This document shows positions 26,446 to 35,741 of a DNA stretch of 64,000 bases, one piece after another (position 1 is the stretch's first letter; each line of letters begins with the position of its first letter). This DNA comes from an uncultured Verrucomicrobia subdivision 3 bacterium. GTDB lineage: Bacteria > Verrucomicrobiota > Verrucomicrobiia > Limisphaerales > UBA11358. A program made the position numbers and the translations under genes. Below the pieces are notes generated by a model. That model was not told the origin of the DNA, did no database searches, and saw only the letters and a list, made by a program, of their open reading frames with translations. The DNA is taken from assembly GCA_903936645.1 (NCBI GenBank), contig CAIZWI010000313.1:994-64993 (forward strand), written 5' to 3'.

Positions 26446-27543
26446 TTAAAAATCCACCCGCCTGCCGGTATTGGCGGATTCCTGGGCGGCGGCCAGGATC
26501 TCCATCACCACCAGGTTTTCCTCCAGGGAAGAAGGGCCGGAGGGAAGGGTTTCGTGGCGCACCACGCCCGCCAGCAATGCCAATGGATCAACCTGGGTTC
26601 CGGTGGGGGGCGGCGGGGTGATTTGCGTTTCCGCCGCCATTTTCGCGGTGCGCACTTTCAGAACGCCAGGTTGGGGCACCAGAACGTATCCGGTTTTGCC
26701 ATAAAGCTCCATGTCCTTGCGGTCAAACGGCCAGTTCCACGAGGCTTGGATGATGACTTGAGTGTGGGGATAGGTCAGCACAAGGGTGGCGTCGTCCTCC
26801 ACCTTGGGATAAACCTCGGGCTTGAGGTGCTGAGTGGTGGCCAAAACCGCCGTTGGCCGCTGGCCATCCATGAGCCACGTGGCCAGATCCGCCCCATAAC
26901 AACCGAAGTCATTCAAGGCCCCGCCGCCGTTCAACACGGGGTCGGTCAGCCACGCCAGGAATTCCGGGGAACAGCCAATTTCCTGCGGTCCACGATGACC
27001 ATGGTGAAACACCATGCGCCAAAGGGTGCCAATTTGGTGTTGGTCGTGCACCATGGTATAGGCCGCTTGGTTGCCCGGGTACCAAGTAGTTTCGTAATTC
27101 ACAATGATTTGCAGCCCACTCTTTTGGGCGGTTGCGGCGATCGCCCGGGCTTCCGCCAGATTGGCGGCCAGTGGTTTTTCCATCATGACCACGCCCATGC
27201 CCTGGGCTGCGGCCTCCGCGACCACCCGGGCATGGTCAAACGAGCTGGTGAAAATGGCCACGGCGGACGCATGAGTATGGGCCCGCAAGTCCGCGAGCGT
27301 GGGATAAAAGAGATTGGTTTCCAGGTGGAACCGCCGGGTATAACGGGCGATGAGCACAGCGTTGGTTTCGACAATCCCCGCCAGTTGCACATCGGTGCGA
27401 CCGTTCAATTTGGACAGCAAACCCAGGGCATGATCATGCGTCAACCCCACCATCGCGAACCGGACCGGCAGCTGGGCTTCCTCGGCGGCCAGGTGGCCAA
27501 TGAGCAGACCGATTAAACCAAGCAGCGCGCCAATCGTTTTCAT
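26446..27543 (-). CDS. exported Gfo/Idh/MocA-family oxidoreductase
   Basis: Signal peptide MKTIGALLGLIGLLIGHLAA, Rossmann N-terminus FAMVGLTHDH, and the MMEKPLA motif. ATG 27543 gives an ATGA overlap with the coaX stop. Confidence 0.8.
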   Translation of the reverse strand: MKTIGALLGLIGLLIGHLAAEEAQLPVRFAMVGLTHDHALGLLSKLNGRTDVQLAGIVETNAVLIARYTRRFHLETNLFYPTLADLRAHTHASAVAIFTSSFDHARVVAEAAAQGMGVVMMEKPLAANLAEARAIAATAQKSGLQIIVNYETTWYPGNQAAYTMVHDQHQIGTLWRMVFHHGHRGPQEIGCSPEFLAWLTDPVLNGGGALNDFGCYGADLATWLMDGQRPTAVLATTQHLKPEVYPKVEDDATLVLTYPHTQVIIQASWNWPFDRKDMELYGKTGYVLVPQPGVLKVRTAKMAAETQITPPPPTGTQVDPLALLAGVVRHETLPSGPSSLEENLVVMEILAAAQESANTGRRVDF

Positions 27544-28301
27544 GGGCATTTTTGCGCCCGTTTCGCCCAGACCAACCGCAACCCTTCCAGGGTCAGCCCA
27601 GGTTGCACCGCCGTAATCTCGGGCAATTTTGCCGCCATGAGTTTCGCGTAACCGCCCGTGGCCACCACGGGCAAGTTTTTCACCCGCAAATCGCGTTTGA
27701 GTTCACCGATCAATTCCCGCACCAAGCCGCGATAACCGTGCACCGCCCCGATGAGCATGGCCTGCTCGGTGTTTTTGCCCACCACAGCCTCCACCTCCCG
27801 AATACGAATTTTGGGCAGGAGGGCCGTTTTTTCGTGCAGGTAATCGGTCATGGCGGCCAGTCCGGGGGCGATGATGCCGCCCACATAATCGCGGTGAGCG
27901 TCCACCACATCAAAGGTAACGGCCGTGCCAAAATCCACGACCACTACGGGCGCGCCAAAATGTTCACAGGCGGCCACGGCGTTGGCCAGCCGGTCGGGAC
28001 CAATGGATTGCGGTTTCGGGTAATTGATGCCCACCACGGCGATGGTGGCGGGGGTCAATTCCAGCGTATCCAATCCGAATTGTTTGAAAATGGCGCGTTT
28101 CACCCGGGGCGTCACCCGCGGGACCACGCTGCACAGTGCCGCCCCGGAAATCACGGAGCGACCGGTAAATTTCGCCACCAACGCCGGCGCGGAGCCGCCC
28201 AGCCAGGTGAGGGTGGGCAGATTGATTTGTTTCACCACCCGCCGGTCATTGGCCAGGCCAATGTGCGTGTGAGTATTGCCGATATCAAATAACAGAATCA
28301 T
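27540..28301 (-). CDS. coaX: type III pantothenate kinase
   Basis: MILLFDIGNTHTHIGL...VVDFGTAVTFD...ATGGYA. Confidence 0.9.
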   Translation of the reverse strand: MILLFDIGNTHTHIGLANDRRVVKQINLPTLTWLGGSAPALVAKFTGRSVISGAALCSVVPRVTPRVKRAIFKQFGLDTLELTPATIAVVGINYPKPQSIGPDRLANAVAACEHFGAPVVVVDFGTAVTFDVVDAHRDYVGGIIAPGLAAMTDYLHEKTALLPKIRIREVEAVVGKNTEQAMLIGAVHGYRGLVRELIGELKRDLRVKNLPVVATGGYAKLMAAKLPEITAVQPGLTLEGLRLVWAKRAQKCP

Positions 28302-29275
28302 TTTTCCAAAGTCACGTCCCCGCCAATAATGCGCTCCAAATGACCGTGTTCCGAGCGTAGCAACAACGCACCGTCGTCATCCAGGGATTCCACGCACCCG
28401 CGCACCTGGCGGCCCCCCAATTGCACGGTCACCTCGCGGCCAATGGTGGTGCAGTTGGCCTCCCATTCATCCGCCACGCCGGTAAATTCCCCGGCACAGA
28501 TCTTTGCGTAGTCCCGGTCGAGTTCACGCAGAATATGCACCGCCAGTTCGGCGCGCGAGACTGGCCGGCCGGCCGCGATGCGCAGAGAAGTGGCGATCGG
28601 GCGCAAGTCTGGCGGAAATTCCTGCGGTGCCAAATTCACATCCACACCAATGCCCAGAATGAGGTAACGCACCTGGTCCAATTCGGCGCTCATTTCGGTG
28701 AGAATGCCCGACACTTTTTTGCCGCCCAGGAGAATGTCGTTCGGCCATTTGATCTCGGGTGAGAGGCCGGTTTGGATTTTGATGGCCCGGCGCAGCGCGG
28801 TGGCCGAGGCGACAGTGAGTTGCGTGGCCATTTGCGGACGTAACTGGGGGCGCAATAAAATGGAAAACCAAAGGCCCTTGTGCGCCGGGGAAATCCATTT
28901 ACGGCCCAGCCGGCCGCGGCCCTTGGTCTGGGATTCAGCATACACCACCACGCCCTCTTTCACACCATCCCGGGCCAGCCGTTCCACCACATCATTCGTG
29001 GAGGTGGTCTCCTCAAAGACGCGGATATCCCGGCCAATCACCCGGGTATCCCCCAGCCGCGCCAACAGATCATCGGCATGCAAAACATCGGGCGAAAATA
29101 ACAGGCGGTAACCAAAATGCGGTCCAGCCTCAATCTCATAATTTAAATGCCGGAGTTCCTCGATGCGCGACCATACAGCCGCCCGGCTGATGCCAATTTG
29201 CTCCGCCAAGTCGGCCCCCGAGACGCCGGCGGGATGGGCCCGCAGGGCAGCCAAAATGGTGGCATCGGTGGTCAT
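28298..29275 (-). CDS. birA: bifunctional biotin--[acetyl-CoA-carboxylase] ligase / biotin operon repressor
   Basis: N-terminal wHTH (SGADLAEQIGISRAAVWSRIEELR) and ligase motif QTKGRGRLGRKW. ATG 29275 forms an ATGA overlap with the nadC stop. The track extension to 29440 is Gly/Arg-rich and was rejected. Confidence 0.88.
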   Translation of the reverse strand: MTTDATILAALRAHPAGVSGADLAEQIGISRAAVWSRIEELRHLNYEIEAGPHFGYRLLFSPDVLHADDLLARLGDTRVIGRDIRVFEETTSTNDVVERLARDGVKEGVVVYAESQTKGRGRLGRKWISPAHKGLWFSILLRPQLRPQMATQLTVASATALRRAIKIQTGLSPEIKWPNDILLGGKKVSGILTEMSAELDQVRYLILGIGVDVNLAPQEFPPDLRPIATSLRIAAGRPVSRAELAVHILRELDRDYAKICAGEFTGVADEWEANCTTIGREVTVQLGGRQVRGCVESLDDDGALLLRSEHGHLERIIGGDVTLEK

Positions 29276-30123
29276 GACGGAAAATCGAGGCCGATGTCCA
29301 CCGCCCGGGCGGAGTGCGTGATCGCCCCCACGGAAATAAAATCCACCCCGGAATTGGCAATGGCCCCGATGGTTTTCAGGGTTACGCCGCCGCTGGCCTC
29401 CGTTTGCGCGCGCCCATCCACCATTTGCACCGCCTGCCAAAGCCGGGAGGGCGTCATGTTGTCCAACAGAATAATATCCGCGCCGGCCGCCACCGCCTGC
29501 GCCACCTGGACCAGGGTGTCAGCCTCCACTTCCACCGGCAGTTTGGGATATTTGGCCCGGGCGCGGGCCACAGCCGCAGTAATGGCGTTGGGCTGGGCAT
29601 CCCGCAAGGCGGCCAGGTGATTATCCTTGATTAGCACCATATCATAAAGGCCCAGCCGGTGATTTTTGCCACCGCCACAAGCGACCGCGTATTTTTCAAA
29701 CAGCCGCCAGCCCGGGGTGGTCTTGCGGGTGTCTAAAATTTGGACTTTGGTCCCCTTGAGCGCCGCCACATATTGCGCCGTGGCAGTGGCCACACCAGAG
29801 AGACGCTGGAGGTAGTTCAAAGCAACCCGCTCGGCACTCAAAATGGCATGGGTCGAGCCGGATATTTCCATGAGCACCTCACCCACCTCCGCCCGGTGCC
29901 CATCCTGGACGGGCACGGTGAGCTTCACACTGCGGGATAATTCCCGGAAGGCGCACACGGCGAAGGCCAGGCCAGCCACTACGAGAGGTTCCCGGGCACG
30001 CATGACGGCCGTGGAACGGGAAGTCTTGGGAATCGTGGCCAACGAGGTCACATCACCCGTGCCAATATCCTCGGCCAGCGCGGCTTTGACCGCGCGGCGA
30101 ATGAGTGCGGTAGAAAATTTCAC
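29272..30123 (-). CDS. nadC: nicotinate-nucleotide diphosphorylase (carboxylating)
   Basis: ILDTRKTTPGWR, KDNH, LDNM and SVGAITHS motifs. Confidence 0.9.
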   Translation of the reverse strand: MKFSTALIRRAVKAALAEDIGTGDVTSLATIPKTSRSTAVMRAREPLVVAGLAFAVCAFRELSRSVKLTVPVQDGHRAEVGEVLMEISGSTHAILSAERVALNYLQRLSGVATATAQYVAALKGTKVQILDTRKTTPGWRLFEKYAVACGGGKNHRLGLYDMVLIKDNHLAALRDAQPNAITAAVARARAKYPKLPVEVEADTLVQVAQAVAAGADIILLDNMTPSRLWQAVQMVDGRAQTEASGGVTLKTIGAIANSGVDFISVGAITHSARAVDIGLDFPS

Positions 30124-30184
30124 CAGCTAAGATGGGGATAAAACCCAAATTTCGGAAAGGAAAAAATTATTGAGATCTGCGGTT

Positions 30185-30685
30185 TCACCCAATTTTTACC
30201 ATTGGATCCTCCGCCGGCAAGCCCGCCAGCAGCTGGCCCACACTCAGGGTTTCCCCGGGCAAAACCAAGTCGGGGGCAAGTTCACTCCACGGCTGCAGCA
30301 CAAACCGGCGCACGCGCGCCCGGGGATGGGGCAATACGAGTTGGGGGGTATGGCGGACTTCCTGGCCGAAGCTTAATAAATCGAGATCCAAGGGGCGGGG
30401 TTCGTTCAAAACCACTTTGGGCCGGCGGCCAAACTCGATTTCCAACGCCTGCAACTGGGCCAGTAATGATTCGGGAGTTTCGCCCGCTTGCACCCGCAAC
30501 GCCACCACGGCGTTTAGAAACAACGGGGAACCCGGCGGGCAATCAACCGGGGTGGTTTGCCAGAGGGACGATTGCGCGATGGGCTCAGTGGACAGGTGTT
30601 GTAAGCGCGAAACGGCGGCCGCCAAGATCGCGGCCGAATCGCCCAAATTCGAGCCCAATGAGAGGTAAGCGAGCGAATGTTGCAT
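30185..30685 (-). CDS. folK: 2-amino-4-hydroxy-6-hydroxymethyldihydropteridine diphosphokinase
   Basis: AYLSLGSNLGD...RPLDLDLL...LPHPR pattern. Confidence 0.88.
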   Translation of the reverse strand: MQHSLAYLSLGSNLGDSAAILAAAVSRLQHLSTEPIAQSSLWQTTPVDCPPGSPLFLNAVVALRVQAGETPESLLAQLQALEIEFGRRPKVVLNEPRPLDLDLLSFGQEVRHTPQLVLPHPRARVRRFVLQPWSELAPDLVLPGETLSVGQLLAGLPAEDPMVKIG

Positions 30686-31413
30686 CAGGCGTCAAACCAT
30701 TTTAAACCACCTGGTAATTCGGCCGTGGCATATTCAATATGCAACACCCGGCGATGCGCCGGATGGGTGGCCGGGGACGAAGCATGCAGCAGCAAAGGAC
30801 GCATGACCATGGCCCCGCCGCGGGGAATCGCACAAACCACCTCTGGGTTCGTGGCCACGACGCGGGGAATGGCTCCCGGCAGGAGCTTGCCTCCCAAATG
30901 GGAACGGGGGATGACCCTTAAGGCGCCATTCTCAGCGGTGCAGTCATCCAGGTGCAACCGGAGGGCGAGCATGCCTTCTAAAATTGCGGCCGGGGGTTGC
31001 ACATGGGGAATTCCGGCTTTTAGCGACCAGCCCGCGAAGCCCGGGCATTCGACTTTTTGGGCCACGGCAATGGTCAAATCCTGATGCCAGGGCACCCGCC
31101 AATTGGCGGCCGGGGTCTTGTCAAAAAACAGCGCGCGCACGGGAAACACGGTTTGCCCCGACACGTGCTCAAGCAAATCCCTGGTTTTTGGCGAGTTCGC
31201 GAGCCGTCCAACCGCGGGGCAAATTCTGAGGAGATTGCGGAGGCCACCCAGTTTGTTGCGTGAGGCCAACTGCTGAACCCCCAGCAATTGTGAAAGTTCC
31301 AACGTCAGTGCGGCGCATTCCTCCTCGGAAAACCAAGGCGGCAGCGCCGCAAAGCCATCCCTCTGAAAAGCACTGGCAACCGCAACTCCCGGAGTTGGCG
31401 GCGCGGAGTTCAT
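30685..31413 (-). CDS. PhyH-family Fe(II)/2-oxoglutarate dioxygenase
   Basis: WHQDLTIAV (HxD), NGALRVIPRSH and a distal His in RPLLLHAS. ATGA overlap with the dapB stop and TGATG overlap with the folK start. Confidence 0.78.
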   Translation of the reverse strand: MNSAPPTPGVAVASAFQRDGFAALPPWFSEEECAALTLELSQLLGVQQLASRNKLGGLRNLLRICPAVGRLANSPKTRDLLEHVSGQTVFPVRALFFDKTPAANWRVPWHQDLTIAVAQKVECPGFAGWSLKAGIPHVQPPAAILEGMLALRLHLDDCTAENGALRVIPRSHLGGKLLPGAIPRVVATNPEVVCAIPRGGAMVMRPLLLHASSPATHPAHRRVLHIEYATAELPGGLKWFDA

Positions 31414-32144
31414 TTCAAACCCAGCACGTGTTGCATGTCGTACAAGCCGGGTTTTTGGCTCACGGCCCAGCGGGCGGCGCGCAGGGCGCCATTGGCAAAA
31501 GTGTCGCGGCTGGAGGCTTTGTGGGTCAATTCGACCCGCTCGCCAATATTGGCAAACAGCACCGTGTGATCCCCCACCACATCGCCTCCACGAATGGCGT
31601 GCACCCCAATTTCGGAGGGGGTGCGGGCACCGACATTGCCTTCCCGGCCGTGCCGGGCGGCTTCCCCCATTTTCAGGTGGCGCACTTCGGCCAGGATTTC
31701 CACCAGCGTTTTGGCGGTCCCGCTGGGGGCGTCCTTTTTGAGGCGGTGATGCGTTTCCACCACTTCCAAATCGAAGTCGGGGCCGAGAATTTCCGCCGCC
31801 TTGCGGGTCAGCCAGAACAGCGTGTTCACGCCGGTGGAAAAATTGGTGGCCCAGACGATGGGGATTTGGGATTTGAGTTGCTGGATCTCAAACGTGTCCG
31901 TGTCGGTGTGCCCGGTGGTGCCGATGACCAGGGCCTTTTTTTGCCGGGCACAAAGGCGGGCGACTTCCACCGTGTTCGCGTGGGCGCTAAAATCAATCAC
32001 CACATCCGCCCCCGGCAGGGCCACGGCCAGATCGTCGCCGCGATTAATTTGCGCGGCGGGCACCAAACCCGCATGCAAAGGCATACATTTGACCAAAGCC
32101 TGGCCCATGCGGCCTTTGGCTCCCACAATAATGACCCGCGTCAT
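31410..32144 (-). CDS. dapB: 4-hydroxy-tetrahydrodipicolinate reductase
   Basis: MTRVIIVGAKGRMG...ETHHRLKKDAPSGTA. ATG 32144 is preferred over the track start 32207. Confidence 0.9.
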   Translation of the reverse strand: MTRVIIVGAKGRMGQALVKCMPLHAGLVPAAQINRGDDLAVALPGADVVIDFSAHANTVEVARLCARQKKALVIGTTGHTDTDTFEIQQLKSQIPIVWATNFSTGVNTLFWLTRKAAEILGPDFDLEVVETHHRLKKDAPSGTAKTLVEILAEVRHLKMGEAARHGREGNVGARTPSEIGVHAIRGGDVVGDHTVLFANIGERVELTHKASSRDTFANGALRAARWAVSQKPGLYDMQHVLGLK

Positions 32145-32158
32145 GTTGTTCTTCCGGT

Positions 32159-33040
32159 TTATTCCAGTACGTTGCAGCGCTTGAGCGTCGTGCGCAGCGC
32201 CTCCCAATTTTTCGGATTCATGGGCACCAGCGGCAGCCGGTATTCCTCTTGAATCACCTTCATCATCGCCAGCGCGGCTTTCACCGGGGTGGGATTGGTT
32301 TCAATGAACAGATCCTTGAACAGCGGATAATACTTCTCATGCAGCCGGATGGCGGCGTTCGCCTTGCCCGCGGCAAACAATTTCACCATCTGGGAAACTT
32401 CCTTGGGAATGACATTCGAGGCCACACTCACCACGCCATGGGCGCCCACGGACATGAAGGGCAGCGTGAGGGAATCATCCCCGGAGAGGATCGTAAAATT
32501 CTCGCCCAGCGCAGCGCGCAACTGGGAAACGCGGTCGCAACTGCCGCCGGCTTCTTTGATGCCGACGATGTTTTTGTATTCGCGGGCCAGACGTTTGACC
32601 GTGTCGATGCTGATTTCCACGCCGCAGCGCCCGGGAATGCTGTACAGCACGAGCGGGAGCTTGGTGGCGCGGGAAATGGCCCGGAAGTGCTGGAACAAGC
32701 CTTCCTGGGTGGGTTTGTTGTAGTACGGCGCGACCTGCAGGGATCCGTCGGCCCCGGCCTTCTCCGCGGCCTGGGTTAGGAAAATCGCCTCGTTGGTGGC
32801 GTTGCCCCCCGTGCCCGCCAGCACTTTGATTTTACCCGCGGCAAATTTTACGGACAGTTCGATGATTCTCACGTGCTCCGCCATGTCCACCGTGGGAGAC
32901 TCGCCCGTGGTACCCACCGGGACAATACCATCCACGCCACCCTTGATTTGCAACTTGATGATTCGTTCGAGCGCGCCTTCATCGAGTTGCCCGTTGAGAA
33001 ACGGGGTGACAATTGCCGTATAAGTGCCTGTAAAGTTCAT
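32159..33040 (-). CDS. dapA: 4-hydroxy-tetrahydrodipicolinate synthase
   Basis: GVDGIVPVGTTGESPT...YNKPTQEG...GIKEAGG. Confidence 0.92.
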   Translation of the reverse strand: MNFTGTYTAIVTPFLNGQLDEGALERIIKLQIKGGVDGIVPVGTTGESPTVDMAEHVRIIELSVKFAAGKIKVLAGTGGNATNEAIFLTQAAEKAGADGSLQVAPYYNKPTQEGLFQHFRAISRATKLPLVLYSIPGRCGVEISIDTVKRLAREYKNIVGIKEAGGSCDRVSQLRAALGENFTILSGDDSLTLPFMSVGAHGVVSVASNVIPKEVSQMVKLFAAGKANAAIRLHEKYYPLFKDLFIETNPTPVKAALAMMKVIQEEYRLPLVPMNPKNWEALRTTLKRCNVLE

Positions 33041-33196
33041 TAATTCAAGATTCAGTATCTCGGAAAGGCAGTCATTTGGCGAGCAGGAAAAACATTTTAC
33101 TTGGCAAGGAGTCCGTTTTGCGGCACCACCGGGCGGCCATTCCAGTGCCCGTGGCGCCGGCCAACCCGGCGGGCAGCAGACCAGGCCAAAGCGAAT

Positions 33197-35527
33197 TCAC
33201 CTCACCAAAAACCCCATCGCTCCGACTACCGACCCATCGGGCGAACGGAACGCGGCCGGGCCAAAATTTACTGTCACATGGACGCCGTTGGCAAAGGTAG
33301 TTTGCTGGACGCTCCGGTCTGGAGTGAGAAAGCAGTGATCGGTCATCTCGCTGTATCCCACCCGGCGGACCAAGGGGCAGATGTTCTGGTAGCTCCGGGC
33401 AAAACGGGCGGAATTCTCCTCCCAAAGCGCGCGGTCAAACATAAACATGGGGGGCGTGGCGTAGAGGATGTTGAAGAGGTCCCGCTTGTCCCAGAGCATC
33501 GGTAATTTATTATTGTAATCGCCCCAATACCATTGGGCCACCACGCACTCGTGGTACACCAACTCCCACAGCGGCAGCCGGTATTGCTGGCCCAGTTGAA
33601 ACTTGACCACGCGCTCGGGGGCGTTGGTCCAAATGCGGGCCGTGTTGCGACCGGCGTCTGGGACGCGATAGGGCCCAAGGCTCAGCATGCCCTCGAAGTA
33701 ATGCACGAAAGGCACAGCGGCATCGTGGCCCGTTTCACTTCCGGCCACCAGCCGGGCGTCCGCAGAAATGTAGTTCAGTAGTTTCATTTTCCACTTCCGA
33801 CTGTCGGTGCGGGTCATGGGGTGGTGGGGGTCATAGCATTCCTGCCAGGGCATGGCCGTGGTGGTATCAATGAACCGGCAACGATAGGGGTGCGTGGCCA
33901 GTTCAGCGGTAATCCGCCGGGCCGCATAGCCTGGGGCAAATTCATCGCACAACAGGCCACAGTAGAACCAATCGCCCGCCCGGCCTGGCACTCCCCAGCC
34001 GCGCTCCCACTCGCCATTGGCCTGGCGAATGATCTCCGCCGGCCACGCCTCCGTCACCCAATCACCATGCCGGGCGGCAAGTTGGGGGAAATTCGCCGGG
34101 TTCATCACATCCTGGTAAATGTCGTAGCGGCTGGTCAGCACACCGAGCTCGTTTAAGGCGCGGAGTTGTTCCGGCGGCAGGGCGCTGCTCCACAGGATGT
34201 GCTGGATGCCGGCCGCTTGCAGGTCCTTGACGAGCCCCGCCGCATCGGGTTCATGACACCACACGTTCACGGCGCCCACCAGCAGGTCCACATTCGGGTT
34301 TTCCCGGCGCTTTTGTTCGAGGGTCTTGAACCGGCCAATCGACTGGGCGTAAACGCGGTAGCGCTTGGCCATGGCCACATGACCGCCGTGGTCAAAAAAC
34401 ACATAACGCAGCCGCCGGGCATACCCGAACTGCCCACGCTGGCCATCCCATTGTGGGGCAATGCCGAGCAAACCGTCCTGGCGTTCAATTCGAATAGAGG
34501 CATCATCGGGAGTTTCAAGGATGGCCATGTGCCCGCGCTCGCCATCCGTCACACCCCAAAAGGCCATGCAAATACCGTGACCGCCGTAAGCGATGAGCTT
34601 GAACGGGTCAATACTGCGATCCTCGACCGGATAAGAAATGCCCTCATTCATGGGAACCACCAGATATTCGCCCGGATGCGACAAAAACGGATGCGGAAAC
34701 GCAAGTCCGGCCGTCAATGAACCCGGACCCGAGACCTCCACGGTAAACTCCGCCACGGCAGGCTCCAGTCGGATCCACGCAGTAAGTTTCTGACCGGTAG
34801 TGGCCCGCAACAATCGCAGTTGGAGTTGGTCGTGCGAGGCGGTGGCGCGCGTCAACACCAAGTCGTCCGCCAGCGGTGATTGGTCGAAGCGCTGACCCGT
34901 CCGCCGGTCCCGCACACTCAAAGTGGCATTGCTGGTGTTGAGGGACACTTCCAAGACCGGGTTGGTGAGGGCGAACTGGGTGGGCAGACTGGCGGGGGGA
35001 TGCAGGGTTACCTGACCGGTTTTGCGCAATGAAAAGTCATCCAGCCACACGGTGGCCGGGCCGGAACCGATGACGCGCGGCTGAATTTCCACCACGCCGG
35101 ATGGCACCATAAACTGGGTGCGCACGCGCTGCCAATCGGCGGAATCCTTCAAGGTGCTTCCGCCATAGGACCAATCAATGACCTGGCCGGAGCCAGCATA
35201 CGAGGAAACACAAAGCGTGACGAGCCCCCCCTGGCTATTGAGTTTCACCCACGCCGCCAGTTCAAAAATCTCCCCCGGCGACACCGCGAGCCGTCCGGCC
35301 GGCTCCAGACTCCAATCCAGGCCGGCGGGATGGTCCACCCGGGCCGCGCATTGGCCACCGTGCACGGTGTGGGTGTCCAACGTGACAGTCCCAGTATTGG
35401 TCTCCCGTGTCCAGAGTGGCCGCCACCCGGCCAGGCCCGCCTCAAAACCACCATTCGTAATGCTGTTGGCCGCACCTACCATGGTCAAAGCCATGGTCAT
35501 CAGACAGATTTGAAAAAATAATTTCAT
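33197..35527 (-). CDS. secreted protein: N-terminal CBM4/9-like sugar-binding module + large uncharacterised (possibly glycoside-hydrolase-like) domain
   Basis: Signal peptide MKLFFQICLMTMALTMVGA. NGGFEAGLAGW...WLDDFSL is typical of CBM_4_9-type jelly rolls. I cannot name any motif in the remaining ~600 aa. ATG 35527. Confidence 0.55.
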   Translation of the reverse strand: MKLFFQICLMTMALTMVGAANSITNGGFEAGLAGWRPLWTRETNTGTVTLDTHTVHGGQCAARVDHPAGLDWSLEPAGRLAVSPGEIFELAAWVKLNSQGGLVTLCVSSYAGSGQVIDWSYGGSTLKDSADWQRVRTQFMVPSGVVEIQPRVIGSGPATVWLDDFSLRKTGQVTLHPPASLPTQFALTNPVLEVSLNTSNATLSVRDRRTGQRFDQSPLADDLVLTRATASHDQLQLRLLRATTGQKLTAWIRLEPAVAEFTVEVSGPGSLTAGLAFPHPFLSHPGEYLVVPMNEGISYPVEDRSIDPFKLIAYGGHGICMAFWGVTDGERGHMAILETPDDASIRIERQDGLLGIAPQWDGQRGQFGYARRLRYVFFDHGGHVAMAKRYRVYAQSIGRFKTLEQKRRENPNVDLLVGAVNVWCHEPDAAGLVKDLQAAGIQHILWSSALPPEQLRALNELGVLTSRYDIYQDVMNPANFPQLAARHGDWVTEAWPAEIIRQANGEWERGWGVPGRAGDWFYCGLLCDEFAPGYAARRITAELATHPYRCRFIDTTTAMPWQECYDPHHPMTRTDSRKWKMKLLNYISADARLVAGSETGHDAAVPFVHYFEGMLSLGPYRVPDAGRNTARIWTNAPERVVKFQLGQQYRLPLWELVYHECVVAQWYWGDYNNKLPMLWDKRDLFNILYATPPMFMFDRALWEENSARFARSYQNICPLVRRVGYSEMTDHCFLTPDRSVQQTTFANGVHVTVNFGPAAFRSPDGSVVGAMGFLVR

Positions 35528-35741
35528 TAGTTGCCGGCCGCCCAGGACATGCTCGTTTGCGCAGGCGATACCCTGCCTTACTCGCATAAATTCGCTCCCG
35601 ACGCCAACCTAAATGCAAAGCGTCCGGGCCGCTGCGGGGGTGGGTCACGGCCAATGCCAATTTCCCCAAACAGTGATTTTCCCGCGCCGGTTTCGCAATT
35701 GCCAATTGGCAACCGGGCCGCGCCCTGATATTTTCCGCCGG

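Noticed and set aside
24148-27516. 1,122-aa ORF on the plus strand, the second-longest in the window
   Set aside because: It is entirely antisense to leuS and to the Gfo/Idh/MocA gene, and even runs across their intergenic gap. Its composition is the Gly/Arg/His/Ala-rich pattern typical of shadow frames in GC3-biased DNA. The opposite strand carries unmistakable HIGH/KMSKS LeuS motifs.
29276-29440. 55-codon N-terminal extension of birA in the track ORF
   Set aside because: The extension is Gly/Arg-rich and overlaps nadC by 169 nt. ATG 29275 gives the canonical BirA wHTH N-terminus and an ATGA overlap with the nadC stop.
33041-33196. Possible lysine (L-box) riboswitch upstream of dapA
   Set aside because: The leader is only about 156 nt. 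I could not find the conserved L-box core segments in the minus-strand reading.
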